A DNA stretch of 64,000 bases from contig OZ076421.1 in NCBI GenBank assembly GCA_964187785.1, forward strand, positions 43,338,001-43,402,000, in the 5' to 3' direction. The notes below the pieces were generated by a model. It did no database searches and was not told the DNA's origin. It saw only the letters and a program-made list of their open reading frames with translations. Below, in pieces: positions 12,360-25,200 of the stretch. Every line of letters starts with the position of its first letter. The stretch's first letter is position 1. The stretch is from Amphiscolops sp. MND2022 (taxonomy: Eukaryota). The position numbers and the translations under genes are program-made.

Positions 12360-13547
12360 TGGCTCAGAGACATTTTGGATTGGCTGGCCGCTCGTTTTGT
12401 TGAATAAACTGAAAGAAATAAATTTCGCGATCCACTTCCGCTAAAAAGATCCATCTCATCGCATTTGAAAGTCTTTCGAAAGCAAGTTTATTAGTTATTC
12501 ATACCTGTGGTCGAATATTTCACGATGAAGGACGATAAAACGTAGTCAATGGGAAGCCCTGATCAAGCTCAAAATTGACGAAATACTTTGAAAAAGAACC
12601 AACCTGATGTTCGTTTATATTGGCGAGCAGAATTGTAAATCAACATTCAACTGTCGAAGTCGGGAACTGGCAATTGCAAATCTAGTTGACTGAGGTTGTA
12701 TGAGAAAATTCTGGATCAAACTGCAGGATAAACAAGAAATTAAGTCGTTGTAGGTCGAACAGACTTACGGTCCAGAGGATGTAAATCTGCGGGCGATGCT
12801 GCTACACGACGACGAAAATTTGACAAGGTTATACTGTGCTGATTCAGCGGGTTAATCGGCCACAGAGAAATAGTAGCAAGCAGTGGGAACGTAGATTGTG
12901 ACAAAATTTAATTCAACTCAAATGAAGTGTTGTCTGCTGAAATTGTTGCTAAACTGGTTTACTTGTTCTACGTCAGTTCGACTACTAGTCCTTTTACTTA
13001 CATTTACTATTAGTGCAACACTTGACTCTCTACACAATTGATTATATAAATACTGAATTTTTTCATAACAATGCAATAAAAGGCGTCGTGGCTACATGCA
13101 AATTATTTCACTATAATTGCGTTAATAATCCTCTCAACTATACTTTTATCAGGACCACCGGTGTTTCAGAACCTGCCAGTGATGCACTACCGGCTATTAC
13201 TTATTGTAACATACTCTTGATTTCTTTGCTAAAACTACCATCATTTTAATCATTCTCATTGATCTTCACCATCTTTATATTATTTCATTCAAGTTTTCTT
13301 CATTTGTTTATCAGATCGTTTTGATTGGCTTATTAGCCAGAACTAGACGAGTAGACCGCCGGTCTTTGGAGATATTTCACTAGTGAAGATGAGTGATAAT
13401 AAACAATCTGATCACCCATTTACACTCCTTCACTAGCAATTACTACTACTTATGGTGGCCCCAAGGACTTGTCAACTTTACTAGCGGCTTATTTTCAAAA
13501 CAGAATTAGGGAAATAATCTGCTTTATGAGGAAACTCAAAAGATTCA

Positions 13548-14382
13548 ATGGAGAGAGCGGATAAAAATTTCCCCAAGGAGGATTTCCGCAAATTTTGTGG
13601 GTCTCGACCTAAGGTCGATCGGGCTGAGACCGTCATAATATCTGAATTTCACCCTACTAAACAGTTGACTTTTCAAATCCGCAAAAATTGCAAAGAAACT
13701 TTTCTTGGAGAAATTTCGAGAATAAATGTCCTTACAATTTTCAGTGGAGGATCTAATCAACCACTAGTCAGCCTTTCATATTTTTCATCGGATGAAGAAA
13801 TAGTAGTGGATGACTCTCCTTCTGTTACCAAAAAAGAAAGTAGCGACAGCGGCATAGTATTTATTGCCTGTTATTCTCAACAACCGCCCCAAGGCCACAA
13901 GAAGTTGCAGGACGAGGCATGACATACGACTTGCCGAAAAATGAAGATGACTTCTCCCTGTACGATGGACTCTACGGCCCATCGACTAAGGTAGACTCTG
14001 ATCCGGCTGGAGAATTAGTTGAATTAGTCCTTGGCAATAATCCCTTGATAGTACACCTAAACCTACCTACCAACAGCCAATTGCCATGTGTAGTCAGTTG
14101 GAACCCTTGCCAGATACCTCGCAGTCTCCTCCTGCCCATGAATGCGGCCAAAATTTCAACCGTTGGAATGACCCATGGGAGGAGGACGATCAATTTCATT
14201 ACCAGCCAGAGAATGCACATATTAGAGGGGTGCCCGTAAGTACTAGCGGGATTTGCGGTAACCCAAATCAAGTCAGCCAAGGCAACCATGCTGTTTGTGG
14301 TAAGAGTTTCGATACGATCAAAGAAGAAATCGTTTTCGATTACTTGGAAAAAAAACCCACATGGCTGGCGAGACATATTTAG
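13548..14382 (+). pseudogene. Sense accessory ORF(s) before the 3' LTR of element 1 (acidic, Ser-rich, unknown function)
   Basis: Overlapping ORFs 13548-13922, 13919-14239 and 14086-14382 suggest one frameshifted gene. Same position and orientation as ORF 26648-27246 in element 2. Confidence 0.5.
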
Positions 14383-14454
14383 CCCGCTGCAAAAGAAGAG
14401 AAGCGTTTCAAGCAGGTATGGCAGCTGGTTCATTTAGTCTCATCCTTGGGGGAG

Positions 14455-16143
14455 TGTCGCAGGCTGCCGCCTGTGACGGCAACAGATATCAAATTGCTCC
14501 AAATGATACGCCCCTTCCCCCTGGAATACTACCACTGTAGGTCACGTGGACCATCAGTCCTCGACTAGCACATATTTTACAAGCAATTGGAACTTATAAA
14601 CTGGCCTTAGTATAATTTTATACTGTTGCGGACCTCAAGTCCACGCGTCTAAGTACAGCCTTTAGTTAGAATAATATTCTTAGTGCAAGACGTATATGCA
14701 AAACTAGTAAGAATGTGTTCAATTATTGGTTTATTATGATATATGTTTTTTGTCATGTAAACCAGATTGCTGGAAATTTTGATTAGTAACAATAAATGTA
14801 AATTAGCAATTCAATGCAACTGTAGTGCTGATAGGAAACGCGTTAAAGTCCTGGTAACAACTAATCAACTTGGACGCGAATTCCATTACATCTTAACCAA
14901 TCAGCGTTCACTATTTCTTTATTCACTTGTGCTATAGTAGTGCTGTCTACCATTGTTGCCTTCAGCTATTTGGACCGCTGGTCCAGGCACAAATTACATG
15001 TAATATTTACTTTAACGTGAATATGATTAGATCAATATAATGTAAGGATCTACTTCAAGGCTTTATAGTTGAAAGTCGTACCGCCTAACCCCCCTGATAC
15101 CATGACCTATTATAATAATCAATTCCCTGAAGTGATGCTATTTTTAGAAACAACTATATTATTTTTAGAAACAACTATATTGACGTATTGGTGTAATTGG
15201 CCCCAAGACCCTATTAATCCTCAGAAGGTTACTAATTTTATCTCAGTTATAACGTCACAGTGACGTCAGGTCAAAGTTGCTAGCTATTTTGAAGTGATGA
15301 CATCGATAATTTTGCGTGTCATGTCCCCCAGAGTATATATACGAGGACCGCAAGTCCGAGAGGCCACAAAATCATCCTTGTACAACTATCACACGAATCA
15401 CGATTGCTGTTATTTTAGTTCAGAGACTACAAGTCTAATTGAAATATTGATACTAGTGTTGACTATTTGTTCGTTGTTCGTTCACTATTCGTTCACAAGT
15501 TCAGTTGATGATAATACTGAGTTCAAACATTATATTTTTGCTTGGCTCAATCTTGTCTCAATGCTTTCAACTAGAAAGCAAAAGGCACAGGAAAAACGTT
15601 CTAGACAATCAGACGTAATGTCTGATCTGGAAAGCATGAATATGATGTTAGGGAAATACTCACGAAATCACTCAGAGGACAAATTAATTGTAAACCTTGA
15701 GATGGACTCAAAGTCCAATGAGACTAGAGCCCACATGGCTCAGAGTTGTGAAGATTTCAGGTCACTGTTAAACACTGAAAATAGAATAGAAAATGAAATA
15801 ACTTGCGGTACTTCTAGGCTAATCAGTACAGAAGTTTCATTGCAAATATCAAGGAACTTAGACGAACTGAAAAGGGATCTAAACTCCCAAATTACGGAGT
15901 CGATCAATTCGGCAATTCACGAAACTGTATTACCTTCATTACAAAATTCATTGTCAGGACTCAATAGTGGGTTAGGGACAAATGTGGACTCAAGGGCCAG
16001 TAGACTAAGCAGGAACACCGAAGGTAGAAAGCACCAAAGTGCTTGGGGAAACACCCACAAAAAAATTCCAACAAATTTCAACGACCATCCTCATTCTAGA
16101 GAGAGTTCCTTAAACTCCCTGGATGGTCGTGGTGATCATGACA
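14455..16143 (+). repeat. 3' LTR of element 1 (about 1.69 kb)
   Basis: Starts TGTCG after the purine run GGGGGAG (14448-14454) and ends TGACA. Last 188 bp repeated at 2455-2642. First 25 nt are identical to the TSD-defined terminus of solo LTR 43403-44549. Confidence 0.85.
15561..16143 (+). CDS. gag: N-terminal ~194 codons of Gag encoded inside the LTR (orphaned in the 3' LTR)
   Basis: Open frame MLSTRKQKAQEKRSRQ... (part of ORF 15294-16148) runs to the LTR end and stops 5 nt into flanking DNA. In the 2455-2642 copy the same sequence leads into PBS and gag. Confidence 0.7.
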
Positions 16144-16506
16144 ATTAATTTTTGAGGTCTATAGCTGGAGCTGATTGTTGTTTAATATTATCAGTATTTC
16201 CACTAAAGTTTTGTGTCGAAAAAAGTAAAACTTCGGTCAAAAGTTGGCTGTCAATTGCATACAATAAACTTCGAAGACCTTTAAGTCATCATCCTGAAAT
16301 TTTCTTGAAAACGTGAGATTTGCAGCTAAGCATACACGACTGTTTGGTTGTTATCAATGATTTAGGTTTATCACAACATTTACATCAAAGCCAAAGATTG
16401 TACATCTACCGCGCAAGACAGAATTTGTTGACAAAAATACTGTACAAGTTTGTTCTGTAGCAGAATTTGATGAACTTCTCGAAGAATTGAGTTCTGGCTA
16501 AGCAAG

Positions 16507-18632
16507 TGTCACAGTCCGCTCCCGGACTGGATTGCGGTTGTAGACGAGTCAGCTACGGAAGAGGCTATGGTTGTACTGCACACTTACAAAATGGTATTTT
16601 GGATTCTGCCACAATTTAGTTCGTACCACAACTCTCAAATGATTAAATAAACTGTGACTGGAAATACAAAATATCCGTCTGCCTTGCGCAAATCCTGAAT
16701 AAGAAATGAAAATAAAAAATAAAATGATCTAAAATGTTTTCACTCATTTCGCAAGACGTTTTTGCCACGTCAAAATAGTAACATCTCAGTTCTGCCAAGA
16801 AAACTCGTCAACATGACGTTGACAAGTTTATGAAAATTAATTCTGCCAAGAAAACTTGTCAACATGGCGTTGACAAGTTTATGAAAATAGGCAAAATGAA
16901 CGAATTCGCCAGATTAGTCAGGAATTTCATCGCATTGAGGCTGCTAGCTCATAGGGAACGATATTTACGGGTTACCTTAAATTGTAAAACAAATACTTTA
17001 CCAGTATGTTTCACGACTTAAAGATCAAATCTAAGATGTAATTGATACATTGAAACATTGAAACATTGAAACATTGAAACATTGAAACATTGAGTTTCAT
17101 TGGATTAATATACATGACATACATTAAAGTATTCATAAATGTATAGAAAATCCAATGTGGACACAAAATGAGCATCAGTGCTCTTCAAGTTTGTGCCCAT
17201 TCATGATAGAGTAACCCAATAGAGTTGATACATGCAGAGTAACCCAAATTCGTGTCAACTAGCCGTCTTGCACTTTTAACAATAAGTTTAGTTGTCCGCA
17301 AAGGCCGTTTCAAATGGGATTTTATAATTGCAGAGACGGAAAGTCACAGTTCATATCCATAACTAAAGTGTATTTTATACTGAAAATGTATTTTTGCATA
17401 TTTACATTTTTGTACTTGAGATTTCCAGACAATGTTTCATAATCGTGCTTGTGACCATATTTTTGTACCAGTTCATCGTTGCTGTTCATTAAAATTGCTG
17501 TATTACTGTTGCTGTTGAATAAGTGCTGATGTACAAGTAACAATTTTTTATAATAGTCAACTTGTCGCAATTGTCGCGTCAATCTAAAGTTATCGTGTGT
17601 GTACTAATATGTTTTGTTGATAATCATAAACGTTAAATTTGCCTTAATCTAGTATTTCACTCATTAACCTCTTCAAAATATCTTCCTAGCATCGCCCAAA
17701 TAATCGTAATTTGGAAATGAGTCATCGCGTTTGATCAAGCTGAATTTCAAAATCAGGTATTAGTTGATCACGCAGCGTCATCTCAGCGTCAATTTTCCGC
17801 GAACCAAAGCAGTAAAACAGGTAATCATTTCCGGTTTGACAGACTGAAGTAATATCTACTTCCTGCTTGGGAGGAAGCAAAAGGACGCCGGGATGAAATA
17901 ATATGCTCGTGATAGATGACTAATAGGGAAAACTATTGCCGTGTCTCAAAATTTGACGAAATGTCGATGCAAATTTGGGATCCTAATAATTTTTTCACCG
18001 TAAAAACAGAAAATGACTAATTGTTCGAAAGAAGTTGGGAATATGTACGTGATCAAATGATGCTAGGAGGGTATATATATGATGTGTAACCTTATTCAAG
18101 GGACTCAGTCCTTTTCAAGCGCTATAATTCAGTTGTTTCAACTTGTTTTGCCCAAACCTCATTCTCAACTCTGTCAAAACCAGAAGACAAATTTGAATTC
18201 TTTGAGAAACAAGCTTTCCCATCAATATGTCAACAACAAGAAGTCAAAAGAGAAGAAACACTCAGCGAGAGACTGAAGACAACGTAAGTGAAGGTTTCAT
18301 TTCACCAATAAATATAGAGAGCTCTCGTTCTTCGAACCAGGATACCGACGTGGCAGGCCCGTCGAGACCAAAATCTCCTAGGGTAGAAAATTGCTCCTTG
18401 GAGAGTTTGAGAGCTTCTTTAAAAGAGGAGATTACGTCTGAGATCAAAAATCTTCTTCTAGAATCCCAAAGAGAAATGTTGAGGCTTCTAAGATCTGAAA
18501 CAGGAAAAAATGTAAGAAATAGCACTGTTGATGAAACGGAAAATGAAACAAGGAGCTTCCATACTCCAACGAGAAAAGTACGAATCAACTCTACCGAAAA
18601 TAACGACCCTGACACGAACGTAAATCGTAACA
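16507..18632 (+). repeat. 5' LTR of element 2
   Basis: Long direct repeat of 27299-29693 apart from indels, TG...CA termini, TATA-like TATATATA near 18074. Confidence 0.95.
17041..17093. repeat. (ATTGAAAC)n microsatellite, about 6 units, in the 5' LTR only
   Basis: Directly visible tandem 8-mer; absent from the 3' LTR. Confidence 0.9.
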
Positions 18633-19685
18633 TGGTGACAGGAGCTCTAACCGACTCCACAAATCACCCGAAAAGACCAAAAATAAGGTCTCAGAGCCAA
18701 CCAGCGCCAAAAGAGCGTCCCGCAGTAGCTAGAACACTGTTTGGAGCAGAAAGAAACGACAACCCCGCGTTACCTATGCCAAAAGCACTAACGGCCTCAC
18801 TCCCTACATTTGACGGGAAAACCGAAAAATTCGAACTTTTCGAGGATCTTTTCCGCAACAACATCAAAATGTATCCGCACCTCACGGAACTCCAAAAAAT
18901 CAACTATTTTCACTCCTTGCTACGAGGAGACGCCCTACAAGCGTTTTGCAATATAGAAGATGCGAAAAAAGATTTGCTAGAAGAAATCATGACGATTTTT
19001 AAACGCCGTTTTGGCGAATATTTACCAATGGCAAAAGCCAGACAAGAATGGGACACACTCCCCAACACAAACACCAACACAAACCTACGTGAACTTTTGG
19101 ACGTCCTCCAAAAAATTGCAAAGGAAGCCTTCGGTTCGGAAGCCCAACAATTCATTGACAAGGCTATATACGCCAAGATGCCTGATCACGTCAAAAAGAT
19201 ACTTAACAGGGCATATCTTGAAGACAAGCCGTAGAGTGACATTGTACTCCACCTTGAAAGGGAGATGCGGCTCAATGGCCTCGGTGTACCAGAGGATGTC
19301 AACTTAGTACCGCTAAATGATATAGAGTCAGCCGAAACAAAGCCCGAGACCAAACCAAACAAAAATACCACCCAAAATACAACACAAAACCATAAAAAAG
19401 GATACTGCTTGTACTGCAATAAGTTTGGCCATTTCAAAGCAGAGTGTCGAAAACTGAGAAGGGATGAATGGCAACAGACAAAGAAGAACAACGGCCAAAC
19501 CAAAAATAACGCAGGCACCACACATAAATGTGATACATGCGGAAAACCTCACAAAACGGAAGATTGATGGAATGGAGCCAACTTGGCCAACAACCCGAGA
19601 CCTAAACGACATTTCCAATGAGAAGAACACTGATACTTCCACCCAGCAATCGACAACTAATTTCGGAGACGAATCAAAAAACTAG
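18227..19685 (+). pseudogene. gag: Gag of element 2, initiating inside the LTR
   Basis: ORF 18227-19234 starts 406 nt before the LTR end and crosses the PBS in frame (...NRN|MVTG...). Knuckles CLYCNKFGHFKAEC and CDTCGKPHKTED. Internal stop at 19234 plus frameshifts. Confidence 0.9.
18633..18644 (+). promoter_or_regulatory. Primer binding site (tRNA-Leu type)
   Basis: TGGTGACAGGAG immediately after the LTR-terminal CA. Confidence 0.8.
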
Positions 19686-22204
19686 TTACGCCGCTCCTGC
19701 GTTTCGGGGAAACCGTAGACGCGAGGGCGTATCCACCAAAAGACCCCCTCACTACTTACACAGATAACTCAACAATAGAGTGTGACGGTACTCCAACAGG
19801 GGACTGGTTGAGACAACAAGCACTCGCAGCAAAAAAAAAGACCAATACGACAACCAGAAAGAGAGGCAATCTACACTCAAGACAAAGACTACAGAGACGA
19901 CCATACACGTCATGCCAACCCCATCATCCAGCTCCCTTGCTCCACCAAAGAACAAACAGCTAAAACCCAAATAGACCTAAATGAAAATGCCACCGGCGAC
20001 CACTCATCGCCACAAACGAACGAAGAAGATACTCACGGTCCCACCAGGTTACCTATCTTACACGACGATCTCCCCACCTCCCTTAATTCGATCAAAGAGT
20101 ACATAACTGAAAAAGATGGGGATACCTACATACTTCTGCACTCGACCATAGTCCTCAAGAACAGAAGACGAATGCTGTACTTGCCACTCGAGTTCGGCGA
20201 AACAACCATGGACGGCCTCGTTGACTCAAGATTGAACGTGCAAACGCCCAACTCGAACAACCTATCGCCACTGCTGTTATTCAATTCAATATCGGAACAA
20301 ATACGTTCACCGACACCTTTGTCATCCTATCAAAGACGTCATTCCCCATAATTGGAGTGAATTTTATGAGAAACCACCAAGCCGTGATAGATACGGCCAA
20401 CGGGAGCATCACCTTCCCACATGTCGAAATGACATTAGTCATGACAGACGAAAAGAAAAACTGTAACCCCAAACCTCTCCAAATCATGGCCGAAGGAAAT
20501 CAAACGCTGCTACCACAACAAACAACAACAGTAAAAGCAATAGTCATAACCACCAATGCAACCGGCATCACAGGTGCAGTACAACCGCTACCACAGTTTG
20601 ATGAAACAGCCACCATCATCGTTGCACCAGCTTTGGCACAGCTCATAACAAACGAATCAACCTCCGAATAGCCAACTTGACAGATTTCTCTCACACCATA
20701 AAAAACCATACCAAACTGGCAGAATTGCAAATTTTTAGGCCAAAGGACACCAATTAGATACGACTCATAGACGTCGCAACACTGACCACCCTACAAGACC
20801 CAGATGACACGCACATGTATGTAAATGAGCTCATGAAATCCACAAATAACGAACAAAACGACAAAAACATCTGGTTCCCAACACCCGAAAACCCGGGAAA
20901 CGAAGATGAACACACGCCAATACAACGGCGAAAATTAAAAGAAATCAGAGAACTCATGAAGAAAGAACAACTCGACCCCACCAAAGATCCATAATCAAGG
21001 AAAAAGAGTTCCTCGATATGTTCAAATGGGAAGGATCGCAGATTGAGGGAAACGACGAAAAACAGCTTGAGCAAACGATAGTTGAATACAACTACATTTT
21101 TGCGCGTCACAGACTCAACATCGGCATCAACAATAGCTTCAAAGTGAAACTGACGCCAAAAGACGAACGCCCCATATACACACAAAGCCTACCAGTACCA
21201 ATCAACTTGAAAGAAGACCTAACAGTCGAACTAGCGCTCATGCACAGGTATGGCATAATCACGACATTACCATTTTCAAAATATGCCAGCCCGATTTTCG
21301 CACAACGTAAATCAAATGGTAAGCTACGTCTACTTGTCGACCTGCGAAAAATCAACGCACTGATATCTGACGGCTACATCAACAACAATAATCCAGTCAG
21401 CACCCTGTCAGACGCAGCTCAACACCTAGCTGGGCAAAAAATGTTCTGTCAAATAGATTGCTCTCAAGCATATCACTGCCTGCAAATGGTGGATCAAAGA
21501 TCCATCGAAATGCTAGCGTTAAACTTTGCAAGCAGAACCTTCGCATACAAACGACTGACACAAGGACTGAGCAGAGCTTTGTCAGCATTTTCAAGCTTCA
21601 TGAGAGAATATTTGGATAAAGTAATCAAAACTGACCAGTGCGCGCAATATGTGGATGATATTGGAATAGATGCCAACTCCGTGACGCAACTGATACGAAA
21701 CATTCGAGCTGTCTTTGAATGCATCAGACAAGCAGGGCTTGAACCATCCAATGACAAGTGCCATTTTGGAGTGACTGAGGACGAATTCCTTGGAAGAACG
21801 ATCACCCCACAAGGAATTGCCCCCCAAGACCACAAAATCCAGAAATTCAGAAATCAAAGAAGCAAGTACAAAGATACATAGGCTTTGTCAACTACGACCG
21901 CAACTATATCCCGCGGTTGTCAGAAAAGTTACTCGGTTTCTACGAGCTACTGAAAGCAGACAAACAAATCAAGGTCACAGAGGAATTGCTAGATAACTAC
22001 AAAGCGATCAACGCAGCACTAGCGGAGGCATGTGGATTGGCTCTCAAACAACCTATCACAGGACGACTATTTGTCCTAATGACGGATGCAAGTTTTCGCG
22101 CCTCGGGATATCCGCTAATGATCGAAGAAGAGAATGACAAAAAACTCAATTCCAAAAAAATACTTTTGCTCCTGTAGCATTTGGACTGAAGATGTCAATT
22201 TATT
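19686..22204 (+). pseudogene. pol: Pol of element 2: degenerate protease, RT, truncated RNase H; integrase absent
   Basis: RT motifs SKYASPIF, LRLLVDLRKIN, FCQIDCSQAYH, QGLS, QYVDDIG. RNase H LMTDASFRASGY. Sequence leaves pol just after KMSIY at about 22204. Confidence 0.92.
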
Positions 22205-22291
22205 AGGTTTTTCCAAACAAAAGCAGAACGTTTTGCGTTATTTCTGGAAGCAATTGGAAATAATCAGTACATATACAATACAACAACAGTT

Positions 22292-25200
22292 TCAAACCAC
22301 ATGAATAATAAAATACACTAGTCTTTTGACGACGAGGCTCCACTTTTCTTCACTGACTTGGTAGACCCTTTTTTTCTTCGACTCAGCATCGACAGCTTCC
22401 CTTGCAGATCTTTTTCGACCAAGCAACGACCCCAGACTACTGTACTTCTGCCCTTTACTAGGACAACCGGAACTCGTTCCACTGTCACCCTGAGCTGCAA
22501 CGACTGCACCAGCAACAGAGGACTCGCCACTTTCTGAATAAGTCACAGTAGTCAAATCAGAATGACCAGCAGACTGAGCACGACTACCATGTATGTTTGC
22601 GACACGAAGTCGGTGGTACGACTCGTCCTTTTTCTGCGCCACATAAGCCTCGAACAATGACGTATAACGACTCACGAAGCCACTCTGCCCACCACTGCAA
22701 ATCCTGCTCAATGGATCAAACTCGGTACAGGACATAAAAGAATACGAGTTGACGATAGCATCGCGAATACATTCCATAGTGTGCTTGGTAAAAATGATTT
22801 CTGTGTGTAATTTGGCGACAGCACCCAGCTCTGAACACCACGGATACAAGATGATACTACAAGCTTTGGCACAGTGCAACCTGACAGATCAATATCAACG
22901 ACAGGAGAATTACGTTGAGGTTTTACAACAACCAGACAGCACAACTTGAATACTCGACATAAGTTTTTTCGAGCTAAATAACTGTAATCCGATAACGGAA
23001 ACGTCCCCAAATCGGGGATCTCGTCAACATGTTGATTGCTAGTATCATGTCGGACACGATCATCAACAACAAAAGATGAAAATTCCTCAATCGCAGCACC
23101 AGCCTCAACGTCAGTCACCACTTTGCATCGTTTCAGTAATGCAACCAAACAATTGAACAGTCCAAAGATATATTCATCACCTCCTCCAAGCAATATTTCA
23201 GGACAAAAACAATAGATATACTGCATGAAATCCGAGGAAGCAGGGTATTGCATCAGAACAATATCCACAAACCGATCAATAAAATCGGGACACTGACGAT
23301 GGAACTCTCGTGCCTCACCACCTCTGATGCCCCACAAGACACTGCCAAACTCATAATTCATCAGCAAATCATCACACGACAACTTCTCCATGTAGGCAAC
23401 TTTGGAAACGTCCATGTAATCTTCCCACGAGTTCAAAGGGGGCAGGGATGCACTTTTACGGCTACGAGACAATAATCCATATACGAATTGACTCAGTTCC
23501 ATATAAAAATGGAAGCCATAATCAGATCGTCCAGCACATCGCTTCTTGAAGGGAACGGCATCTGCAACACAACAAGAAGCAAATACAACACTGTCCCGCA
23601 ACTGTAACGACGAGTAAATGAGAAAGATGACGATGCTATAAAGACAACAGCACAACAAATACACGACAATATAAAATAACACGAGACTTACGGAGATCAA
23701 GAATGTGACCAAGAAGGCCAAGTCGTATTACAATCGTGTTGTCGCTGCTCACCAACCAGTCCAGTCCTCGCATCTGCAACAAATCACAACCAAATTAAAT
23801 ATAACCATATAAGAATTCACGTCGCCTCGCCCAACCCGATTCCATGGCACAACCATAACCTTACACAACTCCTTATTTTAGGTAAAGGACATCTCACCTT
23901 ATCAACCTCACATCTAGAATGTCCAGGAGCCGTGTATCGCACAAACTCTCGTACAATTGTCCAACTGGCCACGAGATCAGCCACCACCTGTCGCAGATCT
24001 GCAAACGTCACGCGACCAGAGAGCACACAGCGCTGAAGGGTACGAGCCCCGTCCATCCACGATTCCTGAAGGGCACCCCGCAACCGCAACATCAGAAAGT
24101 CAATCATCAATGACGTATCCAGCCTACCGAAGACCTCTTGCTCAGCCTGACGATATTCTCGTAGAAAATCATCTTCAGTAAACTCTCGACAATAAAAAAA
24201 TTGGCGTCCATCGACACGGTTGTCTTTCAAGACACGCAGAAGTGACGTACTACACCCTGGCATGGCAGAAGCAATTGGCAAGACGACACACTGTCCACAA
24301 CACGAGAGATGCCAGCCAACTCCGCAACAGGCACACGCTAACCAGCGGACTCCACCCGAACACACACAGAAAAAAGAGAATCGTCGTCCCAAGTGTGGAC
24401 AAAGCACTCATGAGTTGTAGCATCACTGACGAAGAAGACGCTGTACTCACGGAAGGATGCGATCCGAGAAACAAGCAATCGCAACACTCGCGGGAACAAA
24501 GCCTGGCAGATCAGGGACTAAAACAGAATAAAACACCATAAACACCATAAGTGACCTTCCCTAGCCCACCCAACCACCGATACACGCCCACTTACTGCAA
24601 GTCATAAATACACAAAACAACTCACCAAGGTTTCAGCACGATCCCACTTCAGGCTGAACAGAGGCTCCTCGGGACCAAGAGTAGCACGAAAACACCCCCA
24701 CAACTTCCTCAGTAGGGTGTAACTCCCTCCACAACGGAACAGTTCTAACACGCTGTTAATCATCGTCATGAGTGGAACAGAAGAGTCCACACGAGTGCAT
24801 GAAGGAAGAAGATCCTCCGGGAAGCTAAAACCCTCCGCCAGACCCTTACTTGGACGACTCATGTAATCAGACACTTGGGCCTCACTCAGTTCGATAGGAT
24901 CCATGAGCCGATTGAATATGGGAAGATCATGTTGCACCCGATACGTCACATCCAACTGCCAATGACGTTTCCCAAAGAAGTGACGCGAGAACTCCGATGC
25001 ACCATGAGATTCCATCGACACATCCCGATGACAGATTTTGCAGAAAAACAATTTGTCGGACCCCGTATTCGAACCACTCGCAAACAGTTGATAGATAGGG
25101 TTATCACCAACCATATCGCGACGGAGTCGATTCCGGGAACTGTTAACCCCTCTGCGCTGATGTTGTGGCGCCACAACTCCTTCCAAACTGGTCTCCACTC

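Larger units (their letters stand above)
2455..16143 (+). mobile_element. Ty3/Gypsy LTR retrotransposon, element 1 (defective, with accessory genes)
   Basis: LTR end, PBS, gag, PR, RT, RNase H, INT in Gypsy order, then about 6.7 kb of accessory region, a short PPT and the 3' LTR. Confidence 0.92.

Noticed and set aside
14472-14477. TGTGAC as the start of the element-1 LTR
   Set aside because: The solo LTR's perfect ACGTA TSD places the terminus at TGTCGC, equivalent to 14455.
17322-17582. 86-aa minus-strand ORF present twice (also 28383-28643), and similar twin ORFs 16830/28074 and 18079/29140
   Set aside because: Duplication is explained by LTR identity; there is no domain or independent sign of coding constraint.
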